63,458 nucleotides of DNA, filler included, from Atractiella rhizophila (GCA_021432655.1; 4 parts of 4 records of this genome joined end to end with filler, not necessarily neighbours in it); one strand, 5' to 3'; counted from the first letter of the whole stretch, positions 50,201-63,458 are shown. The notes: generated by a model not told the origin, from the letters alone. Numbers and translations are program-made.

Positions 50201-51436
50201 AGGGCCGGAAGTCAGGCCTTGGCCGGCAGTTTACATTTGCTTTTTGCAGCTTGCATTCCTTGGGCAATGCAGACGTTGGAAGATGGGACATATTGGGAAG
50301 AAATGCGAGGGTTTACAACGAATTTGTCTTCATTGGCTGAAGCTGAAGATATGACGAGCATATCCCGAGTGATGACTTCTTTTGCCAAATCAAAGTTCAG
50401 GAATAAGGACGACTTCCTCCGTCAAAGTCTTTCCTGCATCCGAGAATACTTTTCGCCAGATATTGGGCAAATCCTTCATCTCTACCTCGGGTTTCTGCAG
50501 AACACCTGGGAGTGGCTTCGTGAGCGAACATTGACTCTTCTTAAAGTCCTTTGCCGCCTGGTTGATCTCTCGACCATTGACACTCAGGATTTTGGGTATG
50601 ATTTCCTGGCCCCGCTTATCCGCCTGACTACGCATCCAAAATTTGCTCCGCTCGCCATCGAAGTACTTGAAGATCGTCTACCTCGAAGCGAGCCTGCACC
50701 TATTGGTATGAAGGGGAAAACTGCATTTGGGGTACCAAGCGAAGCTGGATGGAGCGTTCCGGACCCCGATGGAGCAAGCTCGTCGCTACGAAAGAAGTTG
50801 AAGGAGCAGTTAGACAGTTTCCCCACCATTGGATTCGACAGCATGGCGCCGTCGCCGGTCGAGTTCGCAGTGGAGGACTATGATGAGGGGAGGCAACAAA
50901 GCGACAACAAAACGCAGAGTGACTTCGGTGGCTCTAGTCACCTTGGAGAGATGGTTTCCACTCTGCATGACCTGTCTGCCTTTTTTGATGACAATGAGAC
51001 GTCAGAAACAAGTAACCGCTTCTCCCAAGGTATGAATTCTCGTTTTACACTGCTTCCATTGTTCATTTTCGAGTCTACAGGTCTTGGACCAGCGAAGGCC
51101 ATGGCGCATCTTCTTTCACGCCGGTTACGGAAGCGTTCTTATGACATGCGAGCATTTGACGGCCATGGTCTACGACTTCCTTCCTTCCGAGAGGAACCCC
51201 CTATCGACGAAGGAGACGAAGAGGAAGCAAGGTACGACGGATCCGATTCAGACAGCGACTGGGATGAGCGAGAATCGACGGAGGTGGGGCATGAGGCTAT
51301 GGAGGAGGGCATGAATGGGGATATCGTGGCTAGCAAGTGGATAGAAGAACAATCGCAGATTAACAAGACCCAAGAGGCCCAGGACGAGACTGCGGATGGG
51401 GGACGATTTTCGAGCTTCCGCTTCAGGCGTCGATGA
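44259..51436 (+). CDS. TAO3: Cell morphogenesis scaffold TAO3/Mor2/Furry (RAM network)
   Basis: Very long HEAT-like protein with IDMVLTWR, GKLSRLRFIQVTDRF, LRTYPEEAFEES, SAEVNAPVW, WAVSCPARHIACRSLQTFR, LLKGLRS. Confidence 0.9.
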
Positions 51437-51569
51437 TAATTTTGGCTCTTCTATTCGCACAATCCCAATATATTGGACACACATGGTGTTATTGTTTCGT
51501 ATATTTTGAACCAACCTGTAATTTACAATCTTTGCTGGATTAATTCTACAGAGTTTCTCATCACTTTGC

Positions 51570-52892
51570 TCAGGTTACAACTGGAGGGAGATGGAAGTCG
51601 GCATCTGACTTGGTCTGATTGAAAACTGCATCCTTCAGGATCTGGGAAATCAGGCCGTGCTGTGATTCGACTGCAATCTTCGTGCTGTCTTTGACCGCCT
51701 TCTGAAGCTGCGTTTCATCCTTCTTGTCTTTGTCTCCTTTCCCTTTTAGCCCACTGATGATGGGTGCGAGGTGGGCATGCGAACAACGCGTCGAGATACT
51801 CGATTCGCATCGATGGAACTTTTCTTGTAGATCTGAGATCTGGCTCGTCGTATACGCTCGGTTCTTCAGCCAGCTAGCTCAGTAAAAGTTGACCATGGGG
51901 AACACGACGAACAGAGATGAGCGGCGACTGTGACAGAGTCATAACCCAGTACTTGTTCCACAACAAGTCGAGGATTCGAGAATCGAGAGACGATTTGAAG
52001 TGTGAAATCTCAAGAGGATAATATTGAGACGCATGCACGCCAAAATCTTCAATTTTCGAAAGAGGAATAGATTGATATTCTGACGCTGTGGCATTGGGAG
52101 GAGTGTAGCCTTCCGGGTAGGTGCGGAAAGCACCGATGTCTACTCGACCGGCTGAGATAGTGCGGTTTGGATCGATCTAGTTGACGCGTCAAGAGCGAAC
52201 GAGACGGAGGAAGGAGGAGGAAATGCTCACCACAATGGCAAGGAAAGGATCAGTGTAAGTTTGGTTGGTCATTTGGGTCATGACATCAATTCCAGAGAGC
52301 CAGCATCCGTATCCGGGATGTGAGTGATACCACCCGACAATATTCTCCATCCTCCCCACCTGTATTCAAAAGCTCAATGACTCTCACCTTCACAAGCAAG
52401 GCACGTACGTGCTTCGAGCGATCGTTAAATTCCACCATGTACTCATACGCCTCATTGGCAGCGTTGACTCGCGTTTCCGTTCCTTCTACGGGCAGAGCAA
52501 AAGCATCCATTACGACGAAAGTATCTCCGTCGATCTTGCCTTGCATCATGCCCATGACTTCGTACGCGCCGCCTGAGCGAGCGTGCATTACCTTTCTTCT
52601 AGATTAGCGCAGGTACAACTAAGACCGCGGAACGCGTACCATTTTGATCAAAGCAATGGCGGAGATCTTGACTTTCTTGAAGTAATGAGGGTCCTGCTTC
52701 CATGGCTTCTGTCAAAGCAATGGCGGAGATCTTGACTTTCTTGAAGTAATGAGGGTCCTGCTTCCATGGCCTCTGCTCCAGTATCTTTCGCTGCTCGTCT
52801 CCATCGTATCGAAAGATTTTGTCCGCTTCGATGGGTTGGACATCGTTGGCAAGCTCCCAGGTGAGTTTTGAGGTGGACGCTTCCCCTGTCAT
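51570..52892 (-). CDS. CSN5: COP9 signalosome subunit 5 (JAMM deneddylase); frameshifted as assembled by a 64-bp duplication
   Basis: [71 protein letters not shown]. Confidence 0.92.
52648..52775. repeat. 64-bp tandem duplication in CSN5 exon 1
   Basis: 52648-52711 and 52712-52775 are identical except for one T/C. Confidence 0.95.
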
Positions 52893-53152
52893 GGTTCCTG
52901 TGAGCAATTCGAGTCTCAGCGAGAATCTGCGTCGCGGTTACTCTTAGAAAGATGTCCGAATCTTATCCAATGTCTCAACCTTATCTAGTTCTGTGGCAAA
53001 TGAACCAAGAGAAGGGAGTTAACACAAGCCAAGGAAGAAAGGGACCACAACGACCAATGGCTGCTCAAAAAGCTCCACCTCATAATCATTCACCTAGTTT
53101 TCCATTAAGTAATCTACACAATCTCTATCCACCTTGAAACACGACATTCAGA

Positions 53153-54961
53153 ATGCCCAGCACAAAAGTCGACCCAGCAGAAAAGAGTGAAAAGCGACGT
53201 GATGCTTTCAAAGCTCGAAAAGCATTCACGAGTGAAAATTTGAGGAGGAAACATGGGGAGAAAGACGTGCAGATACGGAAACAGCGGAGAGAAGAGACAT
53301 TATCGAAGAGGCGGAATCTGGATTTGGCAGATGCCGACAGCGATATGGAAACTGAGGAGTAGGTGTTCCCTCGCTGACTCGCAAGAAGAATTGGGCGAAC
53401 CAATCTCATGCTCGGCGAATAAGCACCATAGATTCTTTGCCCCTAATAGTTCCTTCCTTGAACTCGAATGATCCACAAATACACAGTCTTGCTGCATTAC
53501 GAGTGAGGAAGCTACTCTCTCGCGAACGGTCCCCTCCTATCGATATGGTCATCAACTCAGGTATTGTGCCACGCCTCATATACCTACTCACGTGCTCTCC
53601 CATTCCCGACGTACAGGTGAATATTTCTCTCGTTCCAAACGGAGTTCCCGAACATATCGCTGATCAAGAATATTTAGCAACAAGCAGCTTGGGCTCTCAC
53701 CAACATTGCGTCTGGTAATCAATGGCATGTCGCCGCTCTGTGTCAAAACGGCCTGGTGCCTCTACTCGTAGACATAATTGGATCACCTAGCGCGGCTCCC
53801 GAATTGAAAGAGCAATGCATTTGGTGCATCGGCAATATTGCTGGTGACGGTCCTTCCTCACGTTCGTGCTTTCTCTGTCCTGTTCTTGACAACATCAGCT
53901 GGTAACACCGTGAGCATGCAGGAGACCAAGTACTATCGAATGGGGCCATGCGTCCCCTCTTGAACTGGCTCAGCAACTATGAGCACATCCCGCTCACGGC
54001 AGTTCGAAATGGTGTTTGGTGCCTCAGTAACTTGTGCAGAGGAAAGGCACCTTGGAGTACTGTACGATATCTTCTGCTTTGACCGAAAACTGAGCTGAAA
54101 AGAAGAGAATAGGTGCGGGATTGTCTTCCGTTCATGTATCCGTTCGTAAACCACCCCGACCTCGAAGTGGTCACCGATGCTCTTTGGACTGTTTCCTATC
54201 TCGTCGATGGACCAGACGCCGTCATCCAGAGCATCATTGACGCTGCCATTGTTCCCAAACTTATCGACTGTCTCTCCCACCCTGCTCCTCAGGTTCATGC
54301 TCCTGCCCTTCGCGCACTAGGCTCCATCGCATCAGGGAGCGAGTCCCAAACCCGCTTTCTGCTCGAATCCAACGTTGTGCCTCCGGCTCACCGGCTGCTG
54401 GTCACGACGCCTCGAGAAGCGATCCGGAAGGAGGTAGGATGGATGATGTCGAACCTTGTAGTCTGTGAGGACGTGGATTGGGTAGAGCGAGTGGTGGACG
54501 AAGGAATATTCGAACCACTCATCGAAATCATGAGATATGCGGAGTACAGGACGAAGAAAGAATGTGCCTGGGCAATTTCGAATGCTTCTGCTGCCGGGCT
54601 CCAGCGGCCAAACATCATTCACACTTTGGTAAAGGGCGACTGTCTGCAGCCGTTTTGCGAGATGCTACCGTACGCTGATGCGAAAACCCTGCTCGTCATG
54701 CTAGATGGATTAGACAACATTCTGAGGATTGGAGAGTCAGAGAAAGTGGTGCTTGGTTATAACATGTATGCGAGGATCGTGGATGAATGCGGAGGCAGGA
54801 GAACGTTAGAAGAACTTCAGGATCATGAGAACGTTGATATCTATCACAAGACCGCTCAGCTGTTAGATCATTTTTTTACGGATGAAGATGACATGATGGT
54901 CCAGGAAACCGGAATAGATATCCAGACAGATCAACATGGCCAATTCGCTTTCAACCAGTAG
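53153..54961 (+). CDS. Importin alpha (IBB + ARM repeats), divergent
   Basis: IBB (VQIRKQRREETLSKRRNL), RKLLSRERSPPIDMVI, AAWALTNIASG, WCIGNIAGD, WCLSNLCRGK, TKKECAWAISN. Confidence 0.92.
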
Positions 54962-55063
54962 TTTGTCCGTAAGATGTAGAATCATTTCGCGTAGTACCCG
55001 AGGTTCAGATGTCATTTGAAGTCCAATAGGAATCTGATTGTATTGTGTGCGAGTTACAATGAA

Positions 55064-56235
55064 TTACAGTTTCCCCTTTGAATGCTTCTTCAACGTTTCG
55101 TCGTTGACTTTAAAGTCGTCCCATCCGTCTCCCCAACCTTTCCTTCTTCGTCAGCATCTTTAGGCACGGGCAGAAGAACTAACCAATTTCTCTTCTCTGA
55201 GATTCCAAAACGTTGAAAGTTCCTCCGCTAGCAACTTGCACATGATTCCTATGCGTCCCTACGCCATTCCCTTCCCCCGGATATTCTTTATCACCCGGTA
55301 AGATTGTATAAAGCTTCGAGCCTTCCATTTTCTTTACAACAGGCATAATAGGTCGCACCGTCCGGATAACAGAAGCGGCTTCCTCCCACTTCTTATATCT
55401 CAACAGCTCCGAAATCGAGTAAAATTGCGGAGGGGCGAGCTCGATCTTTCTCTCCAGTGCCAAACGGAGAGCTTCTGGAGGGGTGTGCCAGCTTAGAGCA
55501 ACTGTCTCCTTTCCGTCCACCTCCCACGTAGAATCGTGTTGTTGAGCCTGTGTCGTGGTAGATTGTGAAGGTAGGACTGTCAGAAAGAAGTGCGTGTCGA
55601 ATCGTCGCGGAACGGTAACTGGGGTTACCCAGTTAGAGCGGTGGGACAGGGACGAGATAGGAGGGGAGAGTGAGAGGAATTCGAAGAGATTGAAGAAGTT
55701 AGAAGCGTCTGAAATGACCTATGAACTCACTGTTGGGTCAACGGTCACGCTCAACATGGTACAACTCACTTTGGTCCGCCAATCTCGCTTGTTCACGTCA
55801 GAGAGTTTTTCCCATCGTTCTGATTGAGAAGGAAGGACCAGGATACCTGATTCTTCAAAAGTCTCTCGTAATGCCGTGATCTTGGCTTCTATTATCCTCT
55901 CCTCCTCTTCGAGGGGGGAAGGCAAGACTTTCTTCCACTGTTCGATGCTGTCAGCAGCATCAGTGTTTCCACCTGAATGGCGTCTTCAGTCGATTAAAGT
56001 CGTGGAGGAGCATGTGAGCACCCACCAGGGAATACGCTGTGACCTTTGAAACTGCCATTTTGCGAGGCCCGTTTGAGGAGAAGGAGACGATAGTTGTACC
56101 CTTCAGAGGAAAGCTTCTTGAGAGGGCTCAGGACTATTAAACTGCTCCAGTCATCAATATCCCTTTCGTTACCCAGTCACTAGACACTCACCTAGCTGAT
56201 GGGCGAGCTTTGGCAACCTGAACACTAGCACTCAT
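55064..56235 (-). CDS. NUDIX hydrolase, NUDT19-like
   Basis: ARPSAS, YRLLLLKR, VFPGG, ALRETFEESGILV, SNWVTP...RRFDTHFF, ELAPPQFY; spliced C-terminus ends ...SKGKL*. Confidence 0.88.
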
Positions 56236-56564
56236 CTTGGGGTCACGGTGAAGGTGTGCAGAGGCAATGTAGCTCGACGTCGTCCAGTTCAAGGTGCTGG
56301 TGCCAGTTGCAGAGCACCGGTTATCGAGGCTTCATGATGTAGCCGAACGCTGTTTGTCGGTTCACTTTTCGTTGCTTCCAGGGTTGAGGGTTAGAGCAGT
56401 TTCAGGCTGCTCGAGGATGGGCGGCCTTCCTTTGGGTACCCGTCAGATCATCAGAATCATGCCACGCAACACACACTCGACGCAGTGATCACTCATTCAG
56501 AACTGACAACGTCACAGCAATGTAAAAGCAGAGCTGCGGGTGAGACCAATCTAAAACTGATAGA

Positions 56565-58933
56565 TTAATCTACAATGTCGTCCTCTTTGACGAACCACTC
56601 CTCCTCTTCTTCTCCTTCGTCAAACTCCATCTCAAAGTCTTCGTCCCCACCTCCTTCGACGAAACCCACATCCTCCTCTTCCATTCTTTGACCTCGCTGA
56701 AGCGTTACCCGAAAATTGCTGATTTTCTTCACCTCCTTCCCTCCCCTCCCCATAGCACCCAAATATCCTATCCATTCAACCTTAGTCTCCTTCCTTTCTC
56801 TCCACCAACACTCCAAAAACCCATCACCACCTCGCCTTCCCATTTCCTCCACGCGCAAAGCATTCTCTGACAGCTCCCGAGCGCGGTCCCAATATGAAGC
56901 CTTGTGAAATGTTTGTCCGTTGTAAGGTGGGGGGGAGGGAAGGCAGAGGAGGAGAGAGCGAACGGAGACACTGTATGAGTAAGCAGAAGGGAGAGGGAGA
57001 GTGCAGAGCGAGAGATATTCGAGGATGTTGGCACATTCATCGATTTCGTTCGTGAATGGAGGATAGTTTTCGTGAATGTAGGTCAAAAACACCTCTGGGT
57101 CGATGGATCCTTCCTCGACAAGTCTCTGTATTATCGAACCATTCATCAATCAGCATTCCTAGCAGATTATTAGCATTAAATACGTACCTCTGGATCAACT
57201 TTGCTCGGCATACGCTTCCATTCTTTTCGAAGGTGTTTGGGCAACTTGTCAGTTGTGGATCTTTGTTTTATGCTTCCTCGTTTCAGATCCTTCTTATCGT
57301 CTTCCTCACGCTGATCCCATCCTGTCAGACGCGTCAACATGGAGCGTAATTGCCTGAGATTTACGACACACTTTTATTGTAGAGAACCTTGCCCAGAGCA
57401 TGAAAGAGAAATAATGAATCATCAGCGCCAGTATTGGGCAGTTTCAGCCTATGAGAGAATCAATGGTCGTCCCACGGAAGGAGAATTTCTCACAGTTCAT
57501 CCTTGTTCTTCAATTTCCGTCTATCCTTCTTGTCCATGCCACCTTCGCACTCCCCTCCCCAAACGAAGAATTGTAACATATTAAGTGCGGCTCTCATGTC
57601 CCCATTAGAGCCCATCAGCACTGTTTCAAGAGCTTTGGCTTCTGGTTTCCACTTCCCCACGAGTTCCCTGAAGCGTCCACTCTCGACTAGTCTACTCAGA
57701 GCTTTCTTCATCACGGTCTTCGCGACTGGATTGAACTTGATCTCTGCCGTTCCTACTGAGCCTAATATTTCTTCACCTGCCACCCGCCACGCGTTCAGCG
57801 TGCCGTCCATTAACCCTCCGCTCCCAGTAAACCGAGATTCATCGCTTTTGACTGTAGAGTTGGACACAATAAGCACCACTGGAGCACTGGGATGCGGAGA
57901 CAGAACGTGTGATTTTAGTGCGGCACGGAAAGAAGAAAGTTGTGCATAAGTAAAGAGCGGAGGGAGATCCTCGACGAGTAACAACGTGGAAGTTGGGTTG
58001 GAAACTGAGGTGGATGTAGCGCCTGCGGAATCAGAAAAAGAAAGGACGTTTGTAGACGACGAGCGATGGAGCCAAGATTCGAAGTCTCCTGCAAGCTTGT
58101 CACGATCTACTCCATCACCAATTCTCAGGGAAAGCCTACAATCATTATCAGATGAAACATACGTTCATTCGCATATTCGAGATTATGTAAATTTCTGTAC
58201 TCGAGCACATTTGCGCCAAGCTCCTCCGCGACACATCTAACGGTGGCTGTTTTGCAAGAGCCTGATGGCCCTGATAACACGAGCAACCGCTGTCTCAACT
58301 ATCAATTTGCAGACTCAAAAGAGGAAAAAGGAAATGACGTACGTGATATTTTCTCTTTGTTGATGAGTAGGAAGGATCCAGAGCTCTATTCAGCCAAGCC
58401 TTTACTTGCTCTATCTTCTTCGGTTGCACTGCGAGCTCTTCCTTGAAGATGCATTAGTGTCCACTTCAGTAGGTGAATGCAAGGCTGCACGCACAAGGCA
58501 CGTCGGAGGGAAACAATCAATCCACATTTGACCGTTATTACCCTCTATAAGTGCAGTTACTTGATTTACAGACTTTCCAATATTTTGACAGTAGGCTAAA
58601 GAACGCACCTGGATCTCCCTCACGTTGAAGAACCGCTTTCCCCTTGGCTTTCCCCTTCCCGTCTGTCGGCGTGACAACTACAGCCTGTACATCACTGTCC
58701 CAGCTAATATCTTCTTCCTCAATCTCCTCAACCTTTCGCTTTTTCGATTTCTTCGTGTACTTTATCTCTGCAGTCTCCGAAGTCTGTGAGGACGCGTCTC
58801 CAAAAAGAGCTGTTAGGGGTTTGAAAGCTCTCGGGTTCGCCGTTTTTTTCGCTAGTTTTGCAGCAGATGCTGGACGCTGCGAGAGCGGTGGTTTACTACT
58901 CTGTTTGTTGGGTTTTGCCTTTGCTGGTGGCAT
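56565..58933 (-). CDS. RAD17: Checkpoint clamp loader RAD17/Rad24 (AAA+)
   Basis: MWIDCFPP, LLVLSGPSGSCKTAT, LLVEDLP, IKFNPVAKTVMKKAL, NGDMRAALNMLQF, YIHENY. Confidence 0.9.
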
Positions 58934-59249
58934 TTTGAACAAGCTGAGGAGTGAGTAATGAGTCCTACTTCATCAAAGTTCGGAGCTTTCATACATTTGC
59001 AATGTTCATTGTCCTTGTCCAAAACGGCAAAGCGAAAGCGATTTTCTGAGAGAGACATGTCGCTTGAAGATGACCAAGAGCGGGCTGGGACATCGTCAGC
59101 AGGCCCTTCTGTGAGTGCTTCTTGCGTCTGGTTGAACTAGGGATGATGTGGAGCCCAAAGTGCTCAAAGAAGCAGTCTCCGGCCAGCACTTCACGATGGA
59201 AGACAGTCAGACCCTGGAAACCAATGGACGACTTCAAAGACAAGTATCA

Positions 59250-59349
59250 NNNNNNNNNNNNNNNNNNNNNNNNNNNNNNNNNNNNNNNNNNNNTTAATTA
59301 ATTAANNNNNNNNNNNNNNNNNNNNNNNNNNNNNNNNNNNNNNNNNNNN
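59250..59349. other. Assembly gap with TTAATTAATTAA spacer
   Basis: N run with linker at 59294-59305. Confidence 1.
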
Positions 59350-62050
59350 ACGGGAGAAATTGAAGGAACGGAAGTACCTTTTCTGTTAGAAAAGGTACAA
59401 ATACGTTCTCGCGGCATGGGGGAGAGACAGAGGTGGTGTTATAGTTAGTGTAGGAAGGGGAGAAGTAGAAAACCCATTCCAAAAGAGCTCTATCTTGCGT
59501 CAGACAGGTGGAAAGTGGGGCAGGACCCACGGCCTCTCCATTTAATCCTCCCAGGTCCAGCATGCTGTTGCTTCTCCTCTACCAACTCATTCACATTGCT
59601 CTAACCTTAGCAGTAGACAAATTAGACACACCAGTCAATAGGGTTTACTCTACAGTTCTCCCCGCTGTGAGTGTCACGAACAGCTTTTTAACCGGACCCT
59701 GCATAGCTATGTGGGACTATAAGCCTAAGTCTGGATGGTGGAGGAAGAGGAAGTGTGGCAGTGGGTCTTAGGGGAGTAAAAGAAGAGCAAGTTTCTTGAG
59801 AAAGTTTGGTGATAGGAGGGTGTTAGAGGAGCGTTTCCAGAGTAGTAGCTGGACTTTGGATAGCAACTTCGCGTGACGAAGAGGCGCAAAACCTGCCTGG
59901 CCTCATCAGCACTTTCCGTCGCACCTCTCTTTCCGTTATATCCAGAACGTATCCCCTGCTTCTCTTGTCGCTTCCCTACCAATGCTAAACAACTCCTTCC
60001 TCTTGCAACCGAAGCTCTACCGGTTTCCTAAAATACCGACCGGTTAGACCTCCATGCCGAAGGTTACGACCCCTTCGTCGCAACTGATGGCGAAACGGAA
60101 AGCTAAACTGCAACCAAAAGCACCGAAAGCTACCGTAGCACTACAGCTACATATAAACCAGCTCTACAACCCCAAACCTTTCGCCGCGTGGTTCGACCTC
60201 AACTGAACATATTGAGAAGTTGCACAATAAAAATCTCTATGTACCTCAATTAGGTTGAGGAGAGACGGTGTTTCCAACAAAGAACTGACACGCCGAGTGG
60301 CCTAATCGCGCCGAAACAGAAAGAAGGCAAGTTCTTGAACTTCGGCTTCCTCCTGCTGGTTACTCGTTAGGTTTCACACATAGTAGAATGATGCATCGCA
60401 GTTAGACTACCTGGAACAAGTCTAGACAGAAGAACCCTACCCCTCCAGAGACGTATCCATGCAACGGACAATTGTTTATAGGTAAACAGTTATTGATTGT
60501 TGCGAACTTTGTCACCGGCCGCGGTGTAAATAACCTAAATTCTCCTTGTACTTGGTTGCATCCGCACTCGTCGACTCCGCTCTCAGTCTTAGTCTTACAT
60601 ACGGTAGGACAAATTCCAGTGCACTAAATGTTAGTATTAGAAAGAGGAAAAAAGTCCCGCTCTTTTCCACGTGTTTCTGCTTTTCGTCAGTCTTTGCCAG
60701 CCCCATCGCCCGATTCTCAGGAAGACTAGGAGGCTTTCGTATTTACTAATAGACCAATATTACTATTGAAGGTTTTACAGTTATGCACGCAAAACTACGC
60801 CTTTTAAGTTACTTGTTAACTTCTCATTGTCGCTGTGGTAGGGAACGAGAGATATTGTAGGTAATATTGGGGTGCGTCGAGAGGATTTCAGAGTTCGGAT
60901 TTGTAACAACGAATGACCAGTGACTTTACGCACTGCTCTGTCGCCGCATGTTTGTTCCGGTTTCGGCGGTTTTGCAGTTGGTTTTTTAAGGATCGTGTTT
61001 CTTTCACTTGGTAAAAGACAGGGAGAGAGAGTTTTGAAGGATTCCAGTCAGTATTTAAGAGTTCAGGACACATTGTAAATGACTGGGCCATTTATCATAC
61101 AGTAAGAAGCCGTCTCCGAGGAGAAGGAGGAGGTTGTCGCCATGGTGGAGTCGTGAGAGTTGGCGATTTGGTCTACAGGTTCGAGTCCGCTTACGCGACT
61201 TCGTCCGATAAAGAGTTGTCTAACCACTGAATTAAAGACGGAGGAATGACCTCTTTCTGACTCTTTACACAGCCTACGTCGTTGCTGCTTGCGAGTCCAT
61301 GCCTAGAAAATAACAGAATAGCACTTTCTAAGTTAACGACTCCCCACGCCTACTGATCCCTGAATAACTACACTCAGGAGGCGATAGGTAAAGTAACTCA
61401 TAAAAACTGTGCTTGACCGCGGTCCGGCATTTGGTGTTTACCAATCAGTGGGGTCAAGACGAGCTACATAGAGAGTAGGAGTTAGGTTAATCAAAAGTTT
61501 TTACGCATTGCTTCGGAAGACTGTTCGATTCGAGTAGCCTCCTCCAAACGTGAGATAGAAGCGTATGGATTAATAATACAGGATTCCCAAACACGAAATC
61601 CCCACGGACCTAGCAACGTACGTTGCGATAGAGCTTCGAACACGCAACGAAGATAAAGAAAAGTCGGCAGTATTGACTGTAACTTTAAGAAGTTGGATGT
61701 CTGCTGTATTAGTTAGCATGGATCAATCAGAGAGGGAATTACGTCTCGTTTACTTTGACTTACGGGCTAATCATACCGAGCACAACGCTTCCTCGCCCTA
61801 CAGGTCGCTAAGCGGGGACGACCGTTACGTCTACTGCTCAAAGAGACTTGGATGTAGTAGTTATAGGAAAATTAAGCACTATGTAAGTAAGGGTATCCAT
61901 TATGAGAACCTTATTATACAAGTGGGAAGACTGTAAATAAGACGACACGATGCGTACCCCCAGACGGGACTAGTAAATGTGGAGGTTAAATGAAGGAACG
62001 GAGGGAAGCTAAAGGATGTAAGCTTGACTGGATCATTGTATCGCAACCGC
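59350..62050. repeat. Probable decayed transposon/repeat-derived sequence
   Basis: No long ORFs; stop-rich, TA-rich texture like 21.2-25.8 kb; family not identified. Confidence 0.35.
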
Positions 62051-62950
62051 TAAAATCAAAATGGATACTCAGGAGCGATTTGCTGGTGGTTGTCTGACCC
62101 AGAATATTTGTGAGTTGGATTTTTCATTGCATTTCGTCTCGTCTCGGTTTTTTCTCATGGTATATTCACGATATCTCTGCTCTCCTGCGAAATCTGGGAT
62201 CATCCCACTCCATACACGCGACTCTCGTCACAGGGGTGACTTCCTTGTCTTTCTTCACCAACCGACTGCTGCATGAAAGCAACACTATAGGAATGATGAA
62301 ATTGCTTTGATCTGAACTTCTTACGCATGTTGCTCACCTTCAATCCTCATATGCCTCACATATGACCTGCGAAAAAGCACTTTAGTGATGCTCTGCAAGA
62401 CAATTGGCACTGAAGGCAGGAAGTCATCAGGCGATGTCGACTCAAGCTTTTTGATCATGCTTTTTGTCAGATTATCATACCATAGTTTATATCACTCATC
62501 ACTCAACTTCCTAGAAGAGAATGAAACTTCGCGTGCTCACCTAACTCTTAACTATTTTGTAATGTGGTGATATGGAAGCGGAAACACGAGGGCTCTCTCT
62601 TGGATAAATGACAACCACGGCTGATTTGTGATGCTCAAGTGGTCTCATATACTCCCTTTATATATTCACATTTTTACGCTCCTCTCTAGTTCTCAGCGAG
62701 AGGTGGGAGCTCGAGTCAAGGAAACGAGTCACTGATGTGCATCTTTCTACTCCATTCCTCCACGAGGACAATTAGGGCTGCGTTCAAGAGATTTGACACA
62801 GGACTCGGCTCAAGCAGTCCTAACCCCAAATTTTTCCAAGGAGCAGCGTCGTCTCTGTTTTCGAACCTTCTAACTAATGTACCAATTAAATCCATTATTT
62901 ATTTACTTCATCACCTTTTGTTGCTTGGTTTGAAGACCCGAGTCTGTTTT

Positions 62951-63458
62951 TTATCCCATCACCTTTTGATTGTCTTTGAAACTGGAGTCTGCCTTGAACC
63001 TGAAATCATTTGAAGGCAGCGATACTGTCCACCTAGAATCAAGATCGCACAATGCTGGTTGCCACATAAATTGAGCCAGCGAAAGCTTAGCTGCTTTGTC
63101 TTCCATTCGTCGCATTCCGTGGCAAGTGTTGACTCGAGTCTTCACTTCCTCCCGTCCGTTAAATTTAGCCGTTACATTTCTGCGTGCCTTCGGGGCGTAA
63201 ATGGCATGCAATTCCAAGCTGTCAGCTCCAATGACTGATTGGATGGTTCCTTCAAATCTCTCTGAGTCTTCGAGTCGATGGAGAAGAACTTCTCTTCTTG
63301 AATTGAAAGCCAAACCGCATGATTTCAGCAGTCCTCCTACGAACCGCATTACTTCAAGGAATAGGCACACCAACTTCTAGTGGTAGCAACAATCAATTCC
63401 ATACCCTGGAACCCGAATTATTTGCGCGACTTGATCGGCGGACGAAAAACGTAGCGCG
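62951..63458 (-). CDS. Hypothetical protein fragment, possibly continuing beyond the window
   Basis: 140-aa open frame with protein-like composition and no recognised motif. Confidence 0.25.

Noticed and set aside
58243..58275. Non-canonical Walker A (GPSGSCKT) in RAD17
   Set aside because: The Rad17/Rad24 family tolerates variation at this position (yeast Rad24 also lacks the Gly).
61140..61195. tRNA T-loop-like GGTTCGAGTCC
   Set aside because: No acceptor, D or anticodon stems could be built.

Overview
Intron-rich fungal genomic DNA, most likely a basidiomycete (typical introns ~45-60 nt, GT-AG with CTRAC/TTGAC branch sites), with four assembly gaps, three of which contain the artificial TTAATTAATTAA spacer. 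Housekeeping genes, in order: DUG3-like glutamine amidotransferase, NmrA-like protein, MFS sugar transporter, CPYC glutaredoxin, secreted EF-hand (SSP120-like) protein, FRG1, an orphan ORF, PPX1, NHX1, a P450 3' end, a divergent TOR-family kinase, a Zn2Cys6 transcription factor, chitin deacetylase, TAO3/Mor2, CSN5 (with a 64-bp frameshifting duplication), importin-alpha, a NUDT19-like hydrolase and RAD17/RAD24. A repeat block at ~20-31.5 kb holds a decayed LINE and two related chromodomain LTR-retrotransposon 3' ends facing each other. Each carries two copies of a ~130-nt RNA fold with compensatory base changes. The right-hand element also has an intact antisense 498-aa ORF with an atypical Zn(II)2Cys6 cluster, downstream of periodic CGGCGA motifs in its LTR. 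Other highlights are several unusually long, stem-rich introns (NHX1 726 nt, EF-hand gene 494 nt, FRG1 231 nt, PPX1 198 nt), rapamycin-resistance-type FRB substitutions in the TOR protein, and a possible CUG-initiated mitochondrial extension of the glutaredoxin. Gene spans include introns, and exon boundaries were read by eye.
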